Source: Entomortierella parvispora E1425 (lineage: Eukaryota; Fungi; Mortierellomycota). From it: 64,000 nucleotides of DNA. Under the pieces are notes generated by a model, which did not search any database, had not been told where the DNA came from, and saw nothing but the letters and a program-made list of their open reading frames with translations. The position numbers and the translations under genes were made by a program. The stretch spans positions 2,480,001 through 2,544,000 of the forward strand of contig BQFW01000002.1 of the NCBI GenBank assembly GCA_020891255.1. The letters are read 5' to 3'. Within the stretch, counting starts at the first letter, position 1. Every line of letters starts with the position of its first letter. Shown one piece after another: positions 1 through 10,828 of this stretch.

Positions 1-3000
1 GATTGCGACGGATGGTCAACCAATCTGGAAACACCACCCCGAAAAGTGGTCGGCGGGAGTGCAGAACGCTCTGAGACTCTAGTTGACGATAGTGTTTTGG
101 CCAAGCTTCGGGGCGCACCCCATGCAAGTCCTCCACTCAGAGAGAGGCGACGCAGTTCATCGTCATCAGTCGAGGGGTCGTTTTATTCAGCCACCTCGTC
201 TCTAAATGACCGAGTGGCCGACTATCAGCTTGCAGAAGGCGCAGGTCAGGAGCGCACGGAAATCATAATTGCTCACAAATCACCTACACTGCCGATCAAG
301 GAAGAGGAGGTGGAAAGATCTCAATTACTGGAGGATGGCCACGTAAACTCATGGGCAACAGCGGACTTGAATATTAAGCCGGAAGACATGGGCGTAGCGA
401 TTTTATCGGTACCATCGGTCCCTCTTATCGACACAGACTTGACACTACCTATGTCGTTCCTGCAGGAAATTCAGGATCCCGAGAGTCCAATATTGCAAAG
501 CACGCAGGCATCCGACAGTGGCCTTCTTTACGATGACCATCTTGATGGGATCTCAAGCTCTGCTCTCGATAAGGCTCTTCGTAGCAAATCGAATGAAAGC
601 AGTGCTTACGCAACGCAGAGCAGGCGGGACAGTCGATCTCAGAGGTCCAATCGGGACGGCGGCCCTTATTCTCGCGACAGTTTGAAGAAAGGAACGTACT
701 CCTCTCATTCACAAGACCTTCTCCCTGAGAACCTGCCGCTCGATGAGCCGTGGATTTTATCTTCGCCCGTAATGGACGATCACGACATGGACATTGATGT
801 CAAGATTGAGGATGTCGGTGTTGGACCAAACGGACTTTACGTTGATATGCAAACTCGGGGCGACACCGCCGCGATTGAGGATGACTTTGACAATATTGCC
901 TTCAGTCAGTTGGATGATGGCTTTAATATTATGGAACCCACGCAAGGCCCGCCACCCCAGCGCAGGAAAAGCCACGGGCATACAAAAGAGGCTCTCGTCG
1001 GCCAGCCTGCCATTCAAGAGATTGCGGCTACAGCTAAACCTCGCACTGCAGACGAGGTTGATTGGCTTTCAGCCAGCAATGCCATGCTGGGGGACATGCT
1101 GCTGCCCCGGAGGAATGATTTGATGTCAGATCATGCAGAGTCTTCAGCAGAGGTTCCTCGACAACCGCCGCCCAGTCTGACGGGATTTGCTTCTGCTTCT
1201 GGAAAGAAGTTGAAGCCCGTTTCTAAGGACACTCTGGCGAAGTTTGCCCGTTTGCTTGATGACAACGGAGGCAGTGGAGAAACGGGGATGGTCGAATCCG
1301 AGGATTGCGCCACAAATCGCCAGCCCCCGGTTATGACTGGATTCAGTAGCGGCGCAGGAAGGAAATTAGCCCCTATTTCCAAAGACGCGCTGAAGAAAGC
1401 AGCCGGTCTCTTTGACGACGTGGAGCACGACATTGATCCTATGAACATTGTAACGGGTGTCCAAGGCGCCCTACGGGATGTAATCCCACCTATGGTTGGA
1501 TTTGCGTCTGCTGGGGGAAAAAACCTCGCGCCGCTATCCAAGGAAGCCCAGGAGCGGGCTAGGCGGCTATTCGAGGACGAAATGCCATGGACATCGGGAT
1601 GTTCTGATACAGTTAGTACAGAAAGAGAGCCAGTTCTCGGAGGGTTTGCATCAGGAACAGGCAGAAAGCTCGCCCCTGTCTCCATTTCGTCTGTTGAGAA
1701 GTGGTCAAAAACGTTGGACTTGGACAGCGCTCCAGCACCATCCATCCACTCTGCAGGGGGGTTCTCTTCGGGCAAAGGAAACCCGCTAGCACCAATATCA
1801 GAGTCTGCGCGTGGTCGAGCACTCGGACTCTTGGAAATGGAGCATCCTCCAGTATCTGTAGTCTCAGTGCGTGATTCTGGTGCTATGCCTCTGGCAGGCA
1901 AGAACAGCATACATCCTTCAATTCAAGGACCAAAGCCCGGTCAAACCGCGGGTCAGGATTCGCAAGTGCCTAGGCAGTCTGCTGTCTCTGCCAACATGGC
2001 GAATCTCATGATGAAGTCCCTTCGAGCCAATTCTGCGGGGAAATCCTCACTTCCTGGAGTTCTAAAGCCCAAGTCAAAGCTCCCGTTCAAGTCCCCAATG
2101 CCGTTCAAGTCACCTTTGAATAGCGGAACGGTGGCCGCCTTGGCCCATGGGAATCCGAGTGGTAAGAGTGCCGTACCCACCACGGTCACCACTCCAAAGA
2201 AGTTTGTTGGCAAGAAAGCCCTTCATCCAAACGCCAAGCCAAACCTCGTGTCGCCCGCGCCCAACGTCTTGAAAGAAATGCCAGTATGCTCGTTTCAATC
2301 TCTTTTCAATCTTACAGGTACAGTTTCTCTTGAACAGGCAGATGCGTTTCCTATTGTGCCATCGCATTTGCTAATCTATTTTCTTTTATTAACTCTAGCT
2401 TCTGGAGAGAGAACATCTTTACATGGGACCCTTTCTGCCCCTAAACGACGTGAGACTGAGGAATTATTGAGTCTTGGAGTGTATGTTCTGACGAGTGAAT
2501 TATCTTCCGTGCTATCCCTTGTCTATTCTGTACAGGGTACTAACTCCTCTTTTCGCACTCTGAATAGACCGAAGGATGCGTTGGACATGACTTTGAGCAA
2601 AGCCAAAGTTTATCGGTTCTCGGAATGGGGTCCTGAGCAGGCGTTGGATGAGCTTTTGAGACGAGGCGCAGCCCCGGATCTGGTTTCTCTGAAATGGGTC
2701 CAGAATCATTATGGTCTCATTGTATGGAAGCTGGCTTGTTATGTCCGCTCCTGGCCGGAAAATTTTCCATCCGCAGAATGGTTCTGTCCTGAAAAAATAC
2801 TGGATCAACTGGCGTATCGGTACGAAAGAGAAATCAATCGTGCAGAAAGACCAGCTCTGCGAAAGATTGTGGAAGGTGATGATTCAGCTTCACGGCACAT
2901 GGTCCTCTGTATCGCCGACATCTCGTCGGGGTCTTCAGAAGAAACCCAAAAGGATAGCCTCCAGGTGACCGTGACTGATGGGTGGTACGTTCTCTCGGCC

Positions 3001-4456
3001 ATGGTCGATCCTACCTTGGTGCGCTCGATAGAAAGAGGACGACTTGGAATCGGCAGTAAGATCCATGTGTGCCGTGCAAAACTGAATGGAGCCGAGAATG
3101 GAGCTGCAATCCTTGAGTTGATGGAGGGGTCTTCGTCTTCAGTATCTTTGGCGCTTCAGGCAAACCACACGCGGCTCGCCAGATGGGATGCCAAACTTGG
3201 TTTTCAACCTTTTCCATTGTTGTGGACGAAACGATTGAAGAGCATTACACCTGAGGGTGGATTGGTCCCTGGATTGGATGTTGTCGTTCTCCGAAAGTAC
3301 CCAGTTGTTTATCTGGAGACGCTGACTGACGGCATCACCAAGATTAAACGGACTGCACGAGAAGAGGACAGGGCAGCAGAAGCTCATCAGGAATCGCTCC
3401 AGACCAGATACCAGCAGATTGTTCAGGATGTGGAGAAGGAGTTTGGAGACAATAACGTTGATTCGGAAACGATTCGCTTGGAGGTTGAATCAAGAGCTCA
3501 GGAGTTGCAATCGGAGGCTGCCAGGAATGTGACACCCATGTTTACGATCAGGGTCGGAAACTATGACGTGCATGGAGACCGCGACCATGAAGAGGAGGCG
3601 TTGGTGACATTTTGGAATAATGTGCATGCTCCTTACCGTGAGGGTCACCGCGTTAGGGTAAGTCTCACAGAGTGATATGGATCTAAAGGTCATTGTAGTT
3701 GGTTCCGGACATCAACTTATTTTCTACCCTTGGTCTATAGATCACATCATTGATTGCAAAGAAAAGGAGCCGTGAACTAGGATTTGAGGACATAATTCAA
3801 CTGGTGGGCACGCGACAAACGACAGTTCACGACATGGCAGCGGATACCGAGACGATGACATTGACCCATTATCAGCCTCGCACGGTGACTTTGTGTGCAG
3901 ATGTTGGTCAGCTCTACTTTGGTGCCGAGATGGACCTTGCTGTGGTCGTCCTAGGTATGTTGTCACTTTTGATGTAAGGTTGGTTTAAATTGTCAGAGCC
4001 GATGAAGGAACTCATCGTATGTCTTTTTGTAATCAAAAACACGTAGCTTCAAGTGAAGTTGCCGGTGGGTCCAACAACAAACAATACGCGGTGGTCACGG
4101 ACAGCTCGCTGCGATTGCTCCTAGTTGAACATCAGGGACCTAGTTCGAATAATCCATCTTCAACTCCGTTCAAAGTGACATCCAAGATCCTGATTACCAA
4201 TGCTCGATACAAAAGCCACGATGGAAAGCTAGGATTAGACATTGTTTCGTGTCCTCAAAACTACACACAGTTGACAGCCACTCAGGGAACAAGCTCATCC
4301 AACTGGCCGACCTATGCAGAGACTGCTTTGCAACGATTGGCGGCTCTCGTGCCTGGTCAGGCTCCAAAACAGGGCCGTGGTCAGGAGCAGCAGACTATTG
4401 GAGATCTGATGGCGCAAGCGAACGTGATCCTTACCACCATGCACCCTTCCCTTTGA
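1..4456 (+). CDS. BRCA2: BRCA2/Brh2 homologous recombination mediator (5' partial, 4 introns)
   Basis: Frame is open from base 1. Five BRC-like repeats (GF(A/S)SxxG(K/R)xLxP(V/I)S). Helical/OB1 motifs YGLIVWKLACY, QLAYRYEREIN..RPALRKIVEGDD, MVLCI and VTDGWY. GT-AG introns at 2318-2398, 2481-2567, 3658-3740 and 3955-4046 join the ORFs in frame to the stop at 4456. Confidence 0.93.
1183..1836 (+). repeat. Five BRC repeats within BRCA2
   Basis: GFASASGKKL (1183), GFSSGAGRKL (1339), GFASAGGKNL (1498), GFASGTGRKL (1642), GFSSGKGNPL (~1759), each followed by a helix of the AxxLF/LL type. Confidence 0.85.
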
Positions 4457-4564
4457 GCAGGACTCTATTGCTCAATAAATTTTATTTGGATTCACTCGTG
4501 GCGTCCTCCAACACTGATTTTGCTTCCTTTCGTTGGACTATGATTTTTTTTTTTTTTTTTGTTT

Positions 4565-5839
4565 CTAAGGGAATCTACGACCTTCAAACAACAGAGGCGC
4601 TAGAGCTTTGCCAGTCAGTTCAAAGAATTTGCCCACATTTTTGGCACCTCCTTGACCGTTCTTCTTTATGAAGGCCAAGGCTATCAGAGCTTCTACGTCA
4701 CCTTGATCGCCCGCCTTCTTGAACCATTCTTGAGCCTTGGAATAGTCCTCAGGGACGCCACGCGCATGTTTGTAGCTATTCCCTAGGCACCTCTGCGCTT
4801 GTACATGTCCTTGAAGAGCCGCCTTCTGATACCACTGAAAGGCTAGTGCAAGGTGCTGAGACTCAACATCGCCATTGTCAGCTAGCTCTCCTCTGTCGTA
4901 CTTCTCTGCTAACAAGTATTGGGCTTGTGCGTCTCCACCCTCGGCTTCCTGTAGGAGAGGCCCCAGTTTTTCTAGGGAGCGGGAGTTTTGATTCCCACTG
5001 ATATCGGGAGCACTGCCGACAGTGAGATTCTCCATCGTAGACGCCAACTCGGCGGTCGTGTCCTCATCGGGAGCACTTTGAGGTCCGGTACCAATTGGTG
5101 ACTCTATTATTTCCGAGGGGGCTTTACCGATCATAACCTTGATCGGTAAAACCGCTCCTTGCTGACCTTCCTTCTGAGCCACGTTTGGGAGCTTGGCCCT
5201 AATAGACGAGAATGGATCCCGCATCTGAGTGAGAGATCGGGGCTGAGGTACTGGACGCGTTTTAGGTAAGCTCGCCCTTTGGGTTGTCCCTGCTACTCTA
5301 TCTAAGTTCAGCGCTGCAGAAGAGCCAACACCCACTGGCCGCCCATCCTCCTGCGAAACTTGTCTGGTGTCCTTGCTCGCTCCATTAGAGGACTCATCTA
5401 GGGGAGGAGAGAGAAGAGCACCTTTTTTTTTTCAATAAAACTTGATGACGCGGGCGGGTGTCCACTCGACTCCTGATGAGATCGATCACAAATGTGGTAC
5501 CTGGATCGTCCTGGGTTTCTATCACATCTAAAACGTCATCTGGGAAATACCCGATACAGAGAGGACTGAGTCTAGAAATGACGGGAAGGATTTGCGTAAG
5601 GGGGCTATTGGTAGAGGACAAAAGAGGGCCACATGGTCGCAGCCATTTCCGTACTTAATATTGTTCGAGTCTCGTTTGAAAGCGACTGGCGCGTTGCCTT
5701 TCTTGACCTGTGCCAGCTTTGGAAAGAATTGCTCAATGTCGTCCCAAACGACCACCTTGAGCCCTTGTTGGTGACGAACTGGAACATGCACGCTGTCTGC
5801 TGTACCGGACAGGCGAAAAGATTGAGTCTCTTTCTCCAT
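4565..5839 (-). CDS. Short SLR protein 1: uncharacterised ~85-aa N-terminal domain, low-complexity linker, ~3-4 Sel1 repeats
   Basis: Exons 5839-5655, 5571-5501 and 5397-4565 splice in frame via GT-AG introns: MEKETQSFRL...DSNNIK|LSPLCIGYFPDDVLDV...; C-terminal AQYLLAEKY, GHVQAQRCLGNSYKHARGVPEDYSKAQEWFKKA. Confidence 0.85.
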
Positions 5840-6539
5840 CAGTTCGTTCTTGGGTAGGGGTTACTAATGAAAAAAAAAATGGATCGAAGCTACAGGATGT
5901 GTGTTGTGAAGGTACCATGAAATAAAAGATCATGGGAGATGGGCAATAACAAGGGTGGGGGAAATTGAGGGATGAGAAAAAGTACCAAGAGGGCGACTTT
6001 GCCTTGTGACAAAATCGATCAGCCATTGCTTTGCCAAAATTTTCTTTCTGTAGTCCGTTGATGCATTTTGGCTGTGCGCCCAGAAAAAAACCTGGGGAGT
6101 GCCCACCCTCTGTACTCCTTTTGACCTCAACATGCAAATTGTCGGTAGAATGCGCATGGCAAGCATCCTCCATCAATATTTCACCCACAGAGGTCTCCTT
6201 TGATGTTTTCTTCTCTCTCTCAGTAACACTCTTCCTCATGGATGTCGATCGTAAAGACAACAGTCAATCGGGGATGGTCAGTTGTCCGTTCTCCAGAGCC
6301 GTCAGTGTCTGTTTTGTTTGCCACCCCATGCAAGGCAGCGCCCGTTGTCAGTGGGGCTTTGTGGAACAACGAAGGATGGCAAAGTCGAGGGTGTTTTCGC
6401 CCTGGGAGGTCGACTATTTTTCTTTCGCACGTTGTCTTGCCCGAATCCACCCCGCTTTTTTCCTTCGACAATTTCCTCTCTTCACTGTAGCACCCATAGA
6501 CACCACCGCTCGACCCCTTTCTCCACTGGCGTTGCCGGC

Positions 6540-8558
6540 ATGTCGACTTGTAAATGGGCCACCAATCCAGCTCTTGTCCAAAATATCAACATCAGCGGTC
6601 ATGATGGCGTTATGAGAGGACTCAGGTAAAGAGCAAAAACTCGACTGTTCCGTTCCTTGCAAATTCAGATGAGCTCTAACAGTCTCCTACAAACCCTCCA
6701 GTATTGCCAGTCTATTGGAAAGAGACCCAACTGCCCAAAACGAGACTGGCCGAATGTATGAGCAGGGTGAAGAAGTTCCGCAGAGCGACACCGAGGCTTT
6801 GAAGTGGTACCTGAAGGCCGCCCGCCAAGGAAACACCTCTGCTCAGAACAGTGTGGGCGTCTTTTACCGTGACGGAAGAGGTGTCGAGAGGAACTACTCG
6901 ACCGCGAGAGAGTGGTTTGTCATAGCCGCCTACAAAGGACACGCTGCAGCCCAGTGCAATTTGGGAATGCTCTATCACCTGGACCACGACTATTCAAAGG
7001 CCATAGAGTGGTTTATAGCTGCTGCTGAGCAGTCGTGCGCCGAAGCTCGATTCAATATTGGCTCGATGTATTACGAAGGACACGGAATTCCACGGGACTT
7101 GTCAAAGGCTGTGGAATGGTACTTGAGGGCAGCCCATCAGGGATTCGCAATGGCGCAGTTCTGTATAGGCGCAATGTACGATTCAGGACAGGGCGTTGAT
7201 CAGGATCATGACACAGCTACCATATGGTTTTTAAGAGCTGCCCATCAAGGATGCGCCATTGCCCAGTACAACTTGGGATGTATATATCAACGTGGTAGAG
7301 GTTTAAAACTGAACCTTTCTCAGGCTGTGGAGTGGTTTACAAAGGCGGCAAATCAAGGACTGGCGGAAGCTCAGTACTGCTTGGGACAAATGTACCAAGT
7401 CGGCGAAATTGTTCGTCAGGATATCTTGCTAGCTGTTGCTTGGTATGTGAAGGCCTCCAATCAAGGGGACCCCAATGCTCAGTTCAATCTAGGATTGATA
7501 TATGACAGTGATGATGGCAGCCCTGAGAACTTTCAGAAAGCCACAGAGTGGTTCTCGAAGGCTGCTCACCAAGGGCATGTCGAAGCCCAGTATCACCTTG
7601 GAGTACAATTTCAACATGGAAGAGGGAACCAAAACGATGATCCCAAGGCTCTGGAGTGGTACATGAAAGCAGCAGACCAAGGACACATGCTGTTGCCCAG
7701 AATTGCGTAGGTGACATGTACTTCAATGCCCTTGGAACATCCCAGGATTTACTCAAAGCCTCTGAATGGTATCGCAAGTCAGCCGAACAAGGATATACAC
7801 TTGCGCAGAAAAATATGGGGAATGTCTGTGAGCTTACAAGGGGTGATTCTCAGGGAGATCTGGAGGCCATGGGGTGGTACTTGAAGGCTGCTCATCAAGG
7901 AAATGCCGATGCTCAGTGCAAAATTGGCTTGATATACCATGATGGCAAGAATGTTCCTGAGGACTACCAAGGGGCTATGGAGTGGCTTTTGAAAGCGGCC
8001 AACCAAGGCCATACCGTTGCTCAGTGGAATGTAGGCTTGATGTATGAGCGTGGCCAAGGCATTCCTGAAAATCATGAAGAAGGAATGAGATGGTTTCTGA
8101 AAGCTGCGGAACAAGGAGACGCCAATGCACAGTGCAGCATTGGTCTTAATTACTACATTGGCAAGGGTGTTCCTCAAGATTTCCAAAAGGCCATGGAGTG
8201 GTTTGTCAAGGCAGCTGACCAAGGCGATGCCAATGCTTGGTACAACATCGGTACGATGTATGATACAGGTACGGGTGTTCCTCAGGACTATCAAAAAGCC
8301 ATGATGTCGTATTTGATAGCTGCAGACCAGGGACATGCTGCTGCCCAGTTTGTGGTAGGTGGGATGTACCATGCGGGCGAGGGTGTATCTCAGGACTATG
8401 AGAAAGCGATGGAGTGGTACTTGAAGGCTGCCAATCAAGGAGATGTCACTTCTCGGTGCGTCATTGGTGCGATGTACCGAGACGGCGAGGGTGTTCCTCG
8501 AGACCCCCAAAAGGCCACAGAGTGGTTTAACAAGGCTGCTGACCAAGGGCTGTCGTAG
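6540..8558 (+). pseudogene. Long Sel1-repeat gene A (~17 repeats) with a +2 frameshift at ~7684-7688 (pseudogene or sequencing error)
   Basis: Exon 1 6540-6625 (MSTCKWAT...), intron 6626-6701, then 36-aa repeats AQxxLGxMYxxGxGVxxDxxKAxEWYxKAAxQG. The array continues in another frame after GGACACATGCTGTTGCC, where GGA CAT GCT GTT GCC is expected. Confidence 0.85.
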
Positions 8559-8888
8559 CTCGGCTCGATATACTCAGCTTTGGCACGGGTCTTCTGTGGG
8601 ATAACCATTGTATCGAGATGCGTACAACAATTAACGACGCATTGCGCCTTAGACGTATTGAGCATAGATGCGCAGAAAAACTAGTTCCAGTACAGTAGAT
8701 TTTTTCTCTCGTCTTCGTCCACTCTCTTCATTCCTCATGTCGCTTTACTTCACTTTGCCGGCTGTGGATTTAGAACTCTTTTTTATTTCTATCACCAGTC
8801 ATCCCCTCTACTTGAAGCTATGAAATGGGTCCATGGCTACTTGGGCACCATGCGAGTCCCTCCCTGTGACCATCACTTTTTTTTTTCA

Positions 8889-10180
8889 TCAAAAGAATCG
8901 GTGACCTTGACCTTCAAACAGCAAGGGTAGTAGAGCCTTGCCCGCTAGTTCAACGAACTCTGACATATTTTTCTCACCTCCTTGACCGTTCTTCTTCATG
9001 GATGCTAAGGATACTAGAGAACCCACATCCCCTTGGTCGCCAGCCAGCTTGAACCATTTTTGAGCCTCTTTATAGTCTTCAACAACGCCACGGCCGTGCT
9101 TGTACATAAATCCTAAGTTCCGCTGCGCTTGAACATGACCCTGAACCCCTGCTTTCTTATACCATTCAAAGGCTAGCTGTAGATTCGAATCCTTGTCTAC
9201 GCCATTGCCTGCTAGCTCTCCCTTGTCGTACTTTTCTCCCAGTAAGAACTGAGCATGGGCCACTCCACTCTCAGCATCCTGTCGAAGAGATACTACATTT
9301 TCGTATGAAGCGAAATTGCTGGTGGAAAAAGAGCCATTGAGATTCCCAACAGAGGCCGCTAATGTCGTATCGGACACATATGAGCCGTCGCTCTCAGTGT
9401 AAGATCCGCCCATATTGAGATACGAAGAATCAGACCCCTCTCCAAAGGCCCTTCTAGTTCCCAAGAATGAGTCCAATAAAGAAAAAGCGGGTTGTTGTTC
9501 GCCTTTCAAGTGGATCTCATCTGCAAGTCTGACCGTGGTCGGGGCCGTAGGATCTCTCATATGATTCGGCGAACGAGTTTGAGAGGCCAGACTTGACCAA
9601 GGTGTGCTTGCCTGTGGGATTGTCCATGACAGTCTACCCGTGCCTAGGGCAAGAGATCGGGCAATACCCTCTATCTGCTGAGCTTCTTGTGATACTTGTG
9701 TGGTGCTGGTGCAGGTGCTCACTTCGTCAGAAGACTCGACTACAGGATGCACAGGATGCAGAAAAGGTACCGTTTTAAAAATACTATAGTGTATGTATAG
9801 CTGCTGGTCTCCAGTTCGAATCATTTACAAGGAGATACCTGTTCCGTTCTGGCTCTCTAGTACAACATCTAGGATCTCGTCCGGAAGATACCCGATACAG
9901 AGAGGATTGAGCCTAGAAGAACAGAAAAGACTCTTGTTAGGACCGACTGAAAAACCGAACCGTCTCCACCCTTTTTTTCCTTATGTTGCCTTTCATACTT
10001 GTTATTGTCCGAGTCTCGCTTGTGAGGAACTGCCACCTTGCCTTTCTTGACGTAGGCCAGTCTTCGAAAGACCTGCTCGATGTTGTCCCAAAAGACCACT
10101 TTGGACCCATCAACCTGGTTGACGGCGATTTCCACCACGTCGGTCCTACCAAACACACGAAACGACTGAGTCTCTTCCAT
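8889..10180 (-). CDS. Short SLR protein 2, paralog of 4565-5839
   Basis: Exons 10180-9999, 9912-9839 and 9739-8889 with the same intron positions and phases as its paralog. MEETQSFRVFG...DSDNNK|LNPLCIGYLPDEILDV; C-terminal Sel1 repeats ending GKALLPLLFEG. Confidence 0.85.
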
Positions 10181-10828
10181 CTTTAAACTGCAGTATTTGT
10201 GGAGTAAGGTGAGGATTGATGGCAATACGAGAACTGGAGTGATGATATGGGGCAGGGAGGATTAGAGGGGAAGCGAGGCGATGAGGCAGAGTGGGAAAAA
10301 GGGCAATGAAAAGGAGAGGGTAAAGACATGGTTTTTTCCTTTTCTTTTTTTCCCGTCCTTGCGCCTGTTGCGGTCGGCTGTGCACCTGGAAACCCATGGG
10401 AGAATCGCTCCCTGACCACAGCGCTACAGTTTGACGGTAGAGTGCTACTGGTGAGGAGGAAACAAAGAGGACGCACGTGCACACACAGGCTTCTGTACAG
10501 CCTACATGCATGATGATATTGTTGATCGTTCTCTCAAGACGGCAGTCGACTGGGGGCACCCCCCCCCCATGCAAAGCAGCACTGTCTGCAAGCGGGCGAT
10601 TGTTTTTTCCCCCTGTAAGTTTCCTTGTGGAACCGCTTCAAGGCAGCTGTGCGGACGGGAGGGCAAAGCAGTTGTCTTTGCCCTGGGAGAGAAATTTCTG
10701 CTCTCCTTTCATACATCGACCCCCCCCCCCAAATAAAAAGCTCTCTCCTGCTCTTTCACCCACCATCTCTCACCGCAGAACATACAAACATTCCTTTGCT
10801 TAAATTCCCCTCTATCAAAGATACTGTC

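Noticed and set aside
46-48. ORF-track start of the 1209-aa BRCA2 ORF
   Set aside because: The codon is GTG and the frame is open to base 1, so the true start lies upstream of the window.
7779-8546. Long antisense ORFs over SLR genes (also 12358-12831, 18953-19571, 25668-26273, 26916-27896)
   Set aside because: Shadows of repetitive sense-strand codon usage; their translations show no independent protein features.
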